From Candidatus Taylorbacteria bacterium RIFCSPHIGHO2_01_FULL_46_22b (GTDB lineage Bacteria > Patescibacteriota > Minisyncoccia > Phycocordibacterales > DSPV01), in NCBI GenBank assembly GCA_001820875.1, contig MHRF01000005.1, forward strand, positions 4,910 to 68,909: a stretch of DNA of 64,000 bases, given 5' to 3'. Positions 17,854 through 26,414 of this stretch are shown piece by piece. A program made the position numbers and the translations under genes. Numbering within the stretch: position 1 is the first letter of the stretch; every line of letters starts with the position of its first letter. Below the pieces are notes generated by a model that was given only the letters and a program-made list of their open reading frames with translations, searched no databases and had not been told where the DNA came from.

Positions 17854-20085
17854 TTATGGATTCCTCCCCGCCTGAATCTCACGAATATAATAGTCGGCTT
17901 GATCCTTTTGAGACGGAATATCTTTTGCAGTTTGCGCAAGAACTGAAACTGCTTTTGCTCGATTGCCGGCACTCAAATGTGCCCCTGCAAGCGCAAAGCG
18001 TGCCTGTGGATCGAGTGTGTCATGTGCCACGCGCTTTTCAAGCAATCCAATCACTGTGGTGAATCTTCCAGCTGCGTTGTATGCCTGTACAATTCGGTCA
18101 TCAAATTCAAGTGATGTTCCCACGAGCGGCGCAAGTAGTGTATCGGCAGACTTGAAATCTTTTGAATAAATCAGGGCCACCGCATAAATAATTCGCGCTT
18201 CTTTAAAATTCTCTTCCAATTCAAAAGCATGTTTGAGCGTTGCAAGTGCCTTTGCCGTATCCCCCTTGTTTAGGTATGCAGAACCAAGTTCAAAAATAAT
18301 CGTCTGTTTAGAGGGAGACAGCTCGACTGCTTTTTCCAAAAATGGAAGCGCTGCGTCATAATTGCGTGCACGATTGAGAAACGATCCCATAAACAAATGG
18401 TAACGAGCGTCAAACGGAGTATCAGTCAGTTGACGTTGTAATTCGGCGAACGCAAAATCGTAATATTCCTGCTTTACGTTGAGTGCAACCGATTGCGCAA
18501 ATATCACTTGCAGAGCACCCTGTGCCAGCTGTTCGCGAGCTTCAGGGTTGCCGAACGAATTATAGCTCAGTGCAGATTTAAAATGGGTCAGATTGGCTTC
18601 AGGACCTGCCGTCTGGGGACTAAGCGCCTGAATGAGCTGGGACGAAGCGTGCATCGCAGGAACATTGAGCCTGTAAACAAGGAAGGCAGTCGCAAGCACT
18701 GCGATTGAAACAAAGAAATGCTTTGCCCTTCCCGTTTCAATTGCCCGTTCGCGGGTAAGAAATTTAATTTGCCATCCTGAAATCGAATGCACGTACGCGA
18801 GTATGGAGAAAAAGACGAGGTAGCTCGTGATGTTATCAAACACGAAAAGATTCTGGAAAAAGTAGCCTGCCAACAATCCAGTCAAAACGCTTTTCTCAAG
18901 CAAATAGTTGATCTCCGCCCCTTTAGTGATTTGGAACAAGCGTCCGAATAGTTTTTTGATTGAGAAATTAATCTCCCCTTGCTTCCATATATAGTAGAGC
19001 GCGAGCAAAAACAGCGAGAGATACGCGAGGAGTCCTAAGGCGCCGCCTGCAATCATCCAGTCAAAAAATACATTATGCGTGCGGTCAAACCACTGCTCCT
19101 GCGCATACATTGAAGGGTCGTAGTATTTGTTAAAAACATAATTGAAGCTCTCTTGTCCCCAACCAAACACTGGTCGCTCTTTAAATCCCTGCCATGCCAT
19201 ATTCCAAACCATAAAGCGTGGACCTGCCTCGCTGAAAGAAATTGAAGTGAGCCGAGTCAGTGTTGAGTTGTTTCGGACAAAATCAGTATTTTTAAGTCCC
19301 ATCAAAATGCCCCCGATTGCAATAAGCCCGACAAAAATACTTATACCTAATTTGCGATAAAAAGATTTGTGGGAAAGCAGCGCAAGAAGCAACATAGATA
19401 CAAGCACACCGCCGAAAAGCCCAAGCGCCGCGCCCCGCGTCTCTGTTTTATACAAAATAAACAACTGAAGAAGCATCACGGCGCCGTATACAAAGCGCCA
19501 CGGCTTACTCTTTCGAGAACGCACCAAAAGGAACAGCGCAACAAAAAAGTTAAGTAACATAAACGCAGCAAGGTATGCCGCGTTTCCAAGTGTTCCATCC
19601 AAACGCACTCCGCCCTGATTGATAGCAAAAACTCCCGCAAGCTGAAATAATCCGTAAATACCGATGATAACGCTGACTCCGACCGATGTCTGAAAGAAAC
19701 GCTCCCACCGTTTTTCGCTGTTAAGCACCGAGGATGCTACAAAAAAGTACGCCGCCAAATGCAAAAGGGTCACCAATCCTTCCATGCGCTCAAAATTTGA
19801 CCAAAAACTCTTCATCGGATTCGGACTCAACAAATCTGCGATGGTCATAATGACGAGAAACAAGCCGAGCGCTCCTCCCAGCCATGACATTTTAGGACGG
19901 AAATTAACTGATCGGATGGCCAGTATGATCCAAGTGCCAAAAACGAGTTCAGTAATGATCCTGAATGCAAAATTCTTGCCGGTTATAAACGGAAAAAAAT
20001 ATTGAGTGGAGACGATAAATGGAATAAAGAGAGCAAGTAGAAGGCCTGAAAAAACCGCGTACTCAAGAAACTTGTTCGTCTTCAT
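17854..20085 (-). CDS. O-antigen ligase/Wzy_C-domain membrane protein with C-terminal TPR repeats
   Basis: An N-terminal polytopic domain of about 430 aa with a Wzy_C-like loop (YKTETRGAALGLFGG) and a C-terminal domain of about 300 aa with TPR-like repeats (LEKAVELSPSKQTIIFELGSAYLNKGDTAKALATLKHAFELEEN...). Start at MKTNKFLEY (20085). Confidence 0.6.
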   Translation of the reverse strand: MKTNKFLEYAVFSGLLLALFIPFIVSTQYFFPFITGKNFAFRIITELVFGTWIILAIRSVNFRPKMSWLGGALGLFLVIMTIADLLSPNPMKSFWSNFERMEGLVTLLHLAAYFFVASSVLNSEKRWERFFQTSVGVSVIIGIYGLFQLAGVFAINQGGVRLDGTLGNAAYLAAFMLLNFFVALFLLVRSRKSKPWRFVYGAVMLLQLFILYKTETRGAALGLFGGVLVSMLLLALLSHKSFYRKLGISIFVGLIAIGGILMGLKNTDFVRNNSTLTRLTSISFSEAGPRFMVWNMAWQGFKERPVFGWGQESFNYVFNKYYDPSMYAQEQWFDRTHNVFFDWMIAGGALGLLAYLSLFLLALYYIWKQGEINFSIKKLFGRLFQITKGAEINYLLEKSVLTGLLAGYFFQNLFVFDNITSYLVFFSILAYVHSISGWQIKFLTRERAIETGRAKHFFVSIAVLATAFLVYRLNVPAMHASSQLIQALSPQTAGPEANLTHFKSALSYNSFGNPEAREQLAQGALQVIFAQSVALNVKQEYYDFAFAELQRQLTDTPFDARYHLFMGSFLNRARNYDAALPFLEKAVELSPSKQTIIFELGSAYLNKGDTAKALATLKHAFELEENFKEARIIYAVALIYSKDFKSADTLLAPLVGTSLEFDDRIVQAYNAAGRFTTVIGLLEKRVAHDTLDPQARFALAGAHLSAGNRAKAVSVLAQTAKDIPSQKDQADYYIREIQAGRNP

Positions 20086-20173
20086 AATGTAGGAATCATA
20101 ATACAGATAAAGCCTTCGGCGCAAGCAAATAAATAAAACAGGGGGCAAATCACAAAAATTTACAGAAAGATGC

Positions 20174-20212
20174 TTGACCCTTCTTGACACCTTTTGACAC
20201 CTCGTATAGAAT
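20174..20212 (+). promoter_or_regulatory. promoter with three 10-bp-phased TTGAC(C/A) repeats upstream of the HTH gene
   Basis: TTGACC at 20174, TTGACA at 20184 and TTGACA at 20194. A 17-nt spacer separates the middle repeat from TAGAAT (20207-20212), and the ATG is 6 nt further on, giving a leaderless layout. Confidence 0.45.
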
Positions 20213-20218
20213 ACCCTT

Positions 20219-20467
20219 ATGGCTGAAGAAATACGTCCAAGCGCTGTCTATACGACAAACGAAACACAGGAGCTTCTTAAAGTGAGTAAAAGCACTATGA
20301 AGCGTCTGTTGAAACGAGGACTTATTCGCGCAAATAAAATTGGCGGGCAATACCGCATTTTAGGGCGGGAGATTTTACATGTCCTCTCCCCCGATCTCGA
20401 GCAGCGCGCAGCGCGCTCGTACCTTGATCTCAAACGAAAGGTCGTAAGGAAAATAAATAAGTGGTAA
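20219..20467 (+). CDS. excisionase-family helix-turn-helix DNA-binding protein
   Basis: TTNETQELLKVSKSTMKRLLKRGLIRANKIGGQYRI is a typical HTH_17/Xis-type helix-turn-helix; 82 aa. Confidence 0.6.
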   Translation: MAEEIRPSAVYTTNETQELLKVSKSTMKRLLKRGLIRANKIGGQYRILGREILHVLSPDLEQRAARSYLDLKRKVVRKINKW

Positions 20468-20504
20468 TTAAAAAGAAGGCAAATAGTTTACTAACATATA
20501 CACC

Positions 20505-21563
20505 ATGAAAAAAGTTACGCGCAACAAAAATAAAGAGAAGGTCGCTTTAATTACCGGTATCACCGGACAAGACGGTTCATACCTTGCAGAACTACTTCTC
20601 TCAAAGGGATACCAAGTACATGGAATCATCCGCCGTTCATCCTCTTTCAATCACGGCCGAATAGAGCATATCTATAATTATGTCCACCCTAGGAAACTCA
20701 AACTCCACTACGGAGATCTCACTGACATGGCATCTCTCGTCTCTATTATGGAGCAAACTCGGCCCGATGAGATCTACAACCTCGCAGCGCAAAGCCATGT
20801 GAAAGTTTCATTTGAGACGCCTCTCTACACGGGACAAGTTGATGCGCTGGGAACATTAAACGTTATTGAAGCAGTGCGTATCCTCAAACTCCCCGCAAAA
20901 ATTTATCAGGCATCAACCTCAGAGATTTATTCGGGTGATCCGAAAGACTGTCCGCAAGACGAAAAAACGCCTTTTGCTCCACGTAGCCCGTACGGAGTCG
21001 CAAAACTTTATGGCTTCCATATCTCACGCGTATATCGCGAGTCATATGGCATGTTTATTTCAAACGGTATTTTGTTCAACCATGAAAGCGAGCGCCGCGG
21101 AGAAAACTTTGTGACGCGAAAGATCACTCTTGGTATTAAAGAAATACTGTTGGGTAAACGCGAAGCGTTCGGAATCGGGAATCTCGACGCAAAACGTGAC
21201 TGGGGACATGCAGAAGACTATGTCTACGCCATGTACCTTATGATGCAGAAAAAGAAACCTGCAGATTACGTCATCGCCACCGGCACTCAACATTCTGTCC
21301 GTGAATTCTGCACCCTCGCCTTCAAAGAAGCGGGCATTACGCTCGTGTGGAAAGGAAAAGGCATACAGGAAAAAGGTGTCGACAAACGAACTGGCAAAGT
21401 TCGAGTGTATGTTGATAAAAAATTCTTTCGCCCCAACGAAGTCTGGTCACTGCGCGGCAACGCATCAAAGGCTCGCCGTGAACTCGGTTGGAAGCCAAAA
21501 ATCTCATTCAAAACATTGATCCGACGAATGGTACACTCTGATGCAGTACATCACGCAAAATAA
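20505..21563 (+). CDS. gmd: GDP-mannose 4,6-dehydratase
   Basis: ALITGITGQDGSYLAELLLSKGYQVHGIIRRSSSFN...YGVAKLY...NHESERRGENFVTRKIT is a near-canonical Gmd sequence. Confidence 0.9.
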   Translation: MKKVTRNKNKEKVALITGITGQDGSYLAELLLSKGYQVHGIIRRSSSFNHGRIEHIYNYVHPRKLKLHYGDLTDMASLVSIMEQTRPDEIYNLAAQSHVKVSFETPLYTGQVDALGTLNVIEAVRILKLPAKIYQASTSEIYSGDPKDCPQDEKTPFAPRSPYGVAKLYGFHISRVYRESYGMFISNGILFNHESERRGENFVTRKITLGIKEILLGKREAFGIGNLDAKRDWGHAEDYVYAMYLMMQKKKPADYVIATGTQHSVREFCTLAFKEAGITLVWKGKGIQEKGVDKRTGKVRVYVDKKFFRPNEVWSLRGNASKARRELGWKPKISFKTLIRRMVHSDAVHHAK

Positions 21564-22394
21564 ATGAGCATCTCTGTCCCAACAAAAATCATACGACCGA
21601 AAAAAACCTTGAGTTTCGACGATCTCCGCGAATTGTGGGAGTATCGCGAACTTCTGTACTTCTTTTCATGGCGGGATATCAAGGTCCGATACAAACAAAC
21701 AATTGTCGGCGTTGCATGGGCGGTATTCCAGCCTCTGATTGTTATGGTGGTGTTCTCCATATTTTTCGGAAAACTTGCAGGTATACCTTCAGACAACATC
21801 CCCTACCCAATCTTTGTGTATTCAGGCCTCATCTTCTGGCAATTATTCTCTAGTGCTCTTTCTGAAACCAGCAACACACTCGTCTCCAACTCATCTATCA
21901 TCACCAAAGTTTATTTCCCGCGAATTCTCCTCCCTATCGCAGATACCGTCACCAAATTTATTGATTTCTGTTTTGCTTCACTTATTTTGGTCGGCTTGAT
22001 GTTTTTCTACGGATACACACCTTCACTCTCCATCATCTTTGTTCTACCGATTTTAGTGATACTGACGTTTATCGTCGCCATCGGCGCCGGACTTATTCTC
22101 TCTTCTATTAACGTCAAGTATCGCGACGTGCGCTACGTACTGCCTTTCTTCATTCAACTCCTCCTCTTCGTGACTCCGGTCATCTATCCTCTAAGTATTG
22201 CGGGTAAATATGCATGGGTACTAGCGCTTAATCCCATGACCGGAATTATTGAAAATGCGCGCGCAATCATGCTTGGCACAGGGATGGTCAACTACCACTC
22301 GCTTGCCCTCTCGTTTGGAATCGGAATGCTTCTCCTGTTAGTTGGAATAATCACCTTCAAGAAGATAGAGCGTTATTTTGCAGATATCGTCTAA
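21564..22394 (+). CDS. wzm: ABC-2 polysaccharide export permease (Wzm/TagG-like)
   Basis: LWEYRELLYFFSWRDIKVRYKQTIVGVAWAVFQPL is the Wzm/KpsM signature; 6 TM helices. Confidence 0.8.
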   Translation: MSISVPTKIIRPKKTLSFDDLRELWEYRELLYFFSWRDIKVRYKQTIVGVAWAVFQPLIVMVVFSIFFGKLAGIPSDNIPYPIFVYSGLIFWQLFSSALSETSNTLVSNSSIITKVYFPRILLPIADTVTKFIDFCFASLILVGLMFFYGYTPSLSIIFVLPILVILTFIVAIGAGLILSSINVKYRDVRYVLPFFIQLLLFVTPVIYPLSIAGKYAWVLALNPMTGIIENARAIMLGTGMVNYHSLALSFGIGMLLLLVGIITFKKIERYFADIV

Positions 22395-22398
22395 GTAT

Positions 22399-23679
22399 AT
22401 GGAACCGGTTATCTCTATAAAAAATATCTCGAAAAAATACCGTATTACGCACAAAAAAGTGCGCTATGCTGCGCTGCGCGACATTATCACCTATGCGCTG
22501 ATGAGTCCGTTCACCTATTTCAAAAATCGGGCCAAGAAATTATTCGGACGAGACACCAAAGAAGAATTTTGGGCACTCAAAGATGTTAATCTCGATATTT
22601 ATAAAGGCGAAGTTGTCGGCATTATTGGGAAAAACGGTGCGGGAAAATCGACACTGCTCAAAATCCTCACCGGTATCACTCCCCCGACTACAGGCGAAAT
22701 TGTCATAAAGGGAAAAGTTGCTTCACTTCTTGAAGTCGGCACCGGATTCCACCCAGAACTGACAGGTCGCGAGAATATATTCCTCAACGGCGCAATTCTT
22801 GGAATGGGACGAAAAGAAATCAGGGAAAAATTTGATCAGATTGTTGAATTCTCCGGCATAGAACGCTTTATTGATACGCCAGTCAAACGTTATTCAAGTG
22901 GCATGTACGTGCGCTTGGCTTTCTCTGTTGCCGCGCACCTTGAACCTGATATTTTGCTTGTGGACGAAGTTCTCGCGGTCGGCGATATGGAATTCCAAAA
23001 GAAATGCTTGGGAAAAATGGATGAGGTAACACGCACCCGAGGAAGAACCATTCTCTTTGTGAGCCACAACATGGACGCGGTAAGCCGCCTCTGCAAAACA
23101 AGTATTCTGCTTGATCAGGGAAAGGTGGTTGCCATCGGAAAAACTGACGAGATTATCGGCAAATACGTCCATCAGATGCAACACGGGGATACGTCACTCA
23201 CTCTGCCAATTACAGACGAAGAAATCACCCTGCACGATTTTTCTGTCACGCAAAATGGAAAAAATGCGCATGATATAGCTGGCGAAAATTCTTTTGCGGT
23301 AAATCTAGATTTTTCGGTGCATAAGAAACTTCGATCGTTCCGAAGCGGTTTCTTCCTTAAAAACGCCATGGGAACCGTTGTGTCGCGCACGTTCACTCAA
23401 GATTGGGATCCTACGCTAGAAGACATCGAAACGGGGCGGTATAAAACTCATCTGACGATTCCTGCTCGCCTATTAATCGCAGGACAGTATGAGATTGAAG
23501 TAAAATTATTCTGTTTGGGTACGCGAGAGTATCTGAAAAATCACTTGATAGAAAAACGTATTACGGTCTTTAGTCCGAAGGATTATAATGAAAGTCGTTC
23601 AAAAAACACCGACCGAGTCGGGTATTTTCTGATACCGGAGAAGTGGACAGTGGAAAGAGAAATAAAAACAAACGTATGA
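22399..23679 (+). CDS. wzt: polysaccharide ABC exporter ATP-binding protein with C-terminal extension (Wzt/TagH-like)
   Basis: Walker A GKNGAGKST, signature YSSGMYVRLAF and Walker B LLVDEVLAVGD, plus a roughly 190-aa C-terminal domain as in glycan-binding Wzt. ATG 22399 preferred over the TTG start at 22378. Confidence 0.8.
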   Translation: MEPVISIKNISKKYRITHKKVRYAALRDIITYALMSPFTYFKNRAKKLFGRDTKEEFWALKDVNLDIYKGEVVGIIGKNGAGKSTLLKILTGITPPTTGEIVIKGKVASLLEVGTGFHPELTGRENIFLNGAILGMGRKEIREKFDQIVEFSGIERFIDTPVKRYSSGMYVRLAFSVAAHLEPDILLVDEVLAVGDMEFQKKCLGKMDEVTRTRGRTILFVSHNMDAVSRLCKTSILLDQGKVVAIGKTDEIIGKYVHQMQHGDTSLTLPITDEEITLHDFSVTQNGKNAHDIAGENSFAVNLDFSVHKKLRSFRSGFFLKNAMGTVVSRTFTQDWDPTLEDIETGRYKTHLTIPARLLIAGQYEIEVKLFCLGTREYLKNHLIEKRITVFSPKDYNESRSKNTDRVGYFLIPEKWTVEREIKTNV

Positions 23680-24767
23680 TTACCATAAAAGTCAGCACTC
23701 CTTCGCCACATATTCCCCTCCTGAAAATGCTACCTGAGGGTAAAGATGTCATTGGTAATTACCGATTCCTTGTTAACACTGATGCGCCAGAAGCGGACTG
23801 GTGGATCATCGTACATGGACTTCCACAGGACACAAAGACTGTTTGTCCAAAAGAAAATACGATTCTCATCACACAAGAAACGGAAGTTGTAAAGCAATAT
23901 CAGCAACGATATGTAAATCAATTCAACTGGATCATTACCTGCCAAAAGACGCTTAAACACCCTCGAAAAATATACACACATCAAGGGCATCTCTCCTATC
24001 TTTTTATGCGACGCAAACAACCGGATCAGAGTCTTGAGAGTTTCCAAAACCAATTCAAAACCTTCGATGAACTGCGCGCCATGACTCCTGAGTCCATACC
24101 AAAATCAAAGGAACTGACTGCAGTGGTTTCGCATAAACAGCGAAGCGAAGGCGCAGTTGCACGCTACAATTTCATTATGAAATTGAAAGAACATTTCGGT
24201 AGCCGGTTTGATATTTTCAGCAACCAGCCAAATGTTTTTGGACCAGAAACGAAAGTAGCGGGATTTAAATGGGATGCGGTAGCTCCCTACAAATACGTAC
24301 TCTCTATTGAAAATAGTTACGTGCCCCACTGGTGGACAAACCATCTGTTTGACGCATTTATTGCCGGCGCATACCCAATCTATTACGGTCACCCGAGTAT
24401 TTTTGATTATTTCCCCAAAAACTCGCTCACACTGATTGATGTCAATGACATATCAGAATCGATTGCAATCATTGAAAAAGTGTTGTCAGAAGACTATTTT
24501 GAGAAATATCAGAAAGAAGTGTGGGCCGCAAGAAAATTGGCACTGGATAAATATAATCTCTTTCAGGTTATTATTGATGCAATCGAGAAACTACCGTCCG
24601 CGTCAAAAAAAACCGAAGTAATGATACACGCCGAAAAAGACCGCATGATGCTGCTGAAAAACAAATTAGTGACAGAAGTGAAGAAAATTCCTATCATTCG
24701 AACTGTTGCCCAAAAAATCTACCGGAAATACCGATTTCTGCGCTACGGCAAGCAATTTCTTAAATAA
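23676..24767 (+). CDS. GT10-like glycosyltransferase (putative alpha-1,3/4-fucosyltransferase family)
   Basis: YKYVLSIENSYVPHWWTNHLFDAFIAGAYPIYYG resembles the GT10 motif (FxLxFENS....Y.TEK..DA...G.IP.Y.G). ATGA overlap with wzt. Confidence 0.4.
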   Translation: MITIKVSTPSPHIPLLKMLPEGKDVIGNYRFLVNTDAPEADWWIIVHGLPQDTKTVCPKENTILITQETEVVKQYQQRYVNQFNWIITCQKTLKHPRKIYTHQGHLSYLFMRRKQPDQSLESFQNQFKTFDELRAMTPESIPKSKELTAVVSHKQRSEGAVARYNFIMKLKEHFGSRFDIFSNQPNVFGPETKVAGFKWDAVAPYKYVLSIENSYVPHWWTNHLFDAFIAGAYPIYYGHPSIFDYFPKNSLTLIDVNDISESIAIIEKVLSEDYFEKYQKEVWAARKLALDKYNLFQVIIDAIEKLPSASKKTEVMIHAEKDRMMLLKNKLVTEVKKIPIIRTVAQKIYRKYRFLRYGKQFLK

Positions 24768-24774
24768 ATAATCT

Positions 24775-25455
24775 ATGATGCAAAATAAAAAAATCGTCTC
24801 GCTCGTGCCGTTGCGCGGCGGATCAAAATCAATACCGTACAAAAATATAAAACTGCTTGCGGGCAAGCCCCTGTGTTATTGGGTGTTGAAAGCGGCCACG
24901 GATTCAAAATACATAGACGAAGTGTGGGTATCGACCGAGGACTCTAAAATAAAAAAAACGGTAGAAGCACTCGATCTCGGCGTAAAAATTATCGATCGCC
25001 CGCAAGAATTCGCGCAAGACACCTCGTCTACTGAATCAGTCATGCTTCATTTCATGGAACATGCAGATTTTGATATTCTCAATCTCATTCAAGCGACATC
25101 CCCCTTCACCACCAGTGCAGATCTCGATTCCGCTATCGAACTTTTCTTTGAGAAAAAGAATGATTCCCTACTGACAGGGGTGTTGCATAAAAAATTCTTC
25201 TGGACTACTGACGGCAAACCGTTGAATTATAACTATCTTGCGCGCCCCCGTAGACAAGAGTTTGAAGGAGTCGTTAATGAAAACGGAGCGTTCTATCTTA
25301 CCACGCGTGAAATTCTCGCGCGCAATAAAAATCGCCTCGGTGGCAACATCGGCATCTATCTCTTTCCTGAAAATCGAGGCATAGACATCGATGAACCAAA
25401 AGACTGGGAGGAAGCAGAGCGTTTGATTAAAGGGCTACATAACAATCCCCAATGA
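24775..25455 (+). CDS. neuA: acylneuraminate (nonulosonate) cytidylyltransferase
   Basis: SLVPLRGGSKSIPYKNIKLLAGKPLCYW is the CMP-NeuAc/CMP-Kdo synthetase family N-terminal signature. Confidence 0.7.
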   Translation: MMQNKKIVSLVPLRGGSKSIPYKNIKLLAGKPLCYWVLKAATDSKYIDEVWVSTEDSKIKKTVEALDLGVKIIDRPQEFAQDTSSTESVMLHFMEHADFDILNLIQATSPFTTSADLDSAIELFFEKKNDSLLTGVLHKKFFWTTDGKPLNYNYLARPRRQEFEGVVNENGAFYLTTREILARNKNRLGGNIGIYLFPENRGIDIDEPKDWEEAERLIKGLHNNPQ

Positions 25456-26414
25456 AAAAACGCTATCTCATCTTTGGAAATGGGTTTATTGCCCAACATT
25501 ACGCGCACTACCTGCTTTCCCGCGGCGAACAAGTGGAAGTCACCTACCGCCATAAGAAAAATAGTGCCTTGCCGCAAGATATTCAGCGCAAAGTGGGCTC
25601 ACATCTGCACCATGCGAGGAGAATCCTCCTGTCAGTTAATCCCCACTACGTGATACTTACGCAGGGCATCTCATTTATACCTGACAACGAGAAAGAGATC
25701 AGAAACTCTGTAGAAAGCAACGTCATCGCGCCTCTGCTTATACTTGAGGCGATGTACCAGCTTCGAAAGAAAGACAAGCTCAAGAACATAGAGAAAGTGC
25801 TCACCTTCGGTTCAGCTGCTGAGTATGGAGACTCTGATACTAAAAAATGGTCTGAAGAAGCGCGTGACACTAATCCCCATTCTTTGTACGGATTAGTAAA
25901 ACACTGGTTGTTTGAATCGTCAAAGTTTTACGCAGAACTTGGCATCCCCTGCGTCCATATCCGGCAATTCAATACCATAGGGGCCGGACAAGACTCTCGA
26001 TTTGTCGTCTCGTCTTTCTGCCGTCAGGTTGCATCTATAGAAAATGGCGGCAAACCTACAATAATACGCGTGGGTGATTTATCACAAGAACGCGACTTCA
26101 TTGATATTCGCGACGCCGTGCGCGCATATGAACTGGCACTCAAAAAAGCTCCTGCGGGCCAAGTAATCAACATCTGTTCAGGAACAGCCCAGCCGGTGAA
26201 AGAAATTGTTACTGCACTCAAAAGAATGTCGAGCACTGGATTCACCGTCCAAACGGACCCAAGACTCATTGTGTCAAAACGCACTCGTAACAAAATCCTT
26301 GCCGGCACTCCCAAGTGGCTGCATGCACAAGGATGGAAACCTGCATTCAATCTGACTGATACAGTTTCATGGACGCTTGAGTATTGGCGAACAAAAATAC
26401 AATCAAAAAAATGA
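25452..26414 (+). CDS. NAD-dependent epimerase/dehydratase family protein (SDR)
   Basis: The Rossmann FGNGFIAQHY and the catalytic YGLVK are both present. ATGA overlap on both sides. Confidence 0.55.
   Translation: MKKRYLIFGNGFIAQHYAHYLLSRGEQVEVTYRHKKNSALPQDIQRKVGSHLHHARRILLSVNPHYVILTQGISFIPDNEKEIRNSVESNVIAPLLILEAMYQLRKKDKLKNIEKVLTFGSAAEYGDSDTKKWSEEARDTNPHSLYGLVKHWLFESSKFYAELGIPCVHIRQFNTIGAGQDSRFVVSSFCRQVASIENGGKPTIIRVGDLSQERDFIDIRDAVRAYELALKKAPAGQVINICSGTAQPVKEIVTALKRMSSTGFTVQTDPRLIVSKRTRNKILAGTPKWLHAQGWKPAFNLTDTVSWTLEYWRTKIQSKK

Noticed and set aside
22378-22398. TTG start for wzt at 22378
   Set aside because: It gives a 17-nt overlap with wzm and an unconserved MQISSKY prefix. The ATG at 22399 (MEPVISIKNISKKY) matches the usual Wzt N-terminus.
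23730-24392. Minus-strand ORFs 23730-24053 and 24105-24392 inside the GT10-like gene
   Set aside because: Fully antisense to a gene with a family-specific motif. No support.
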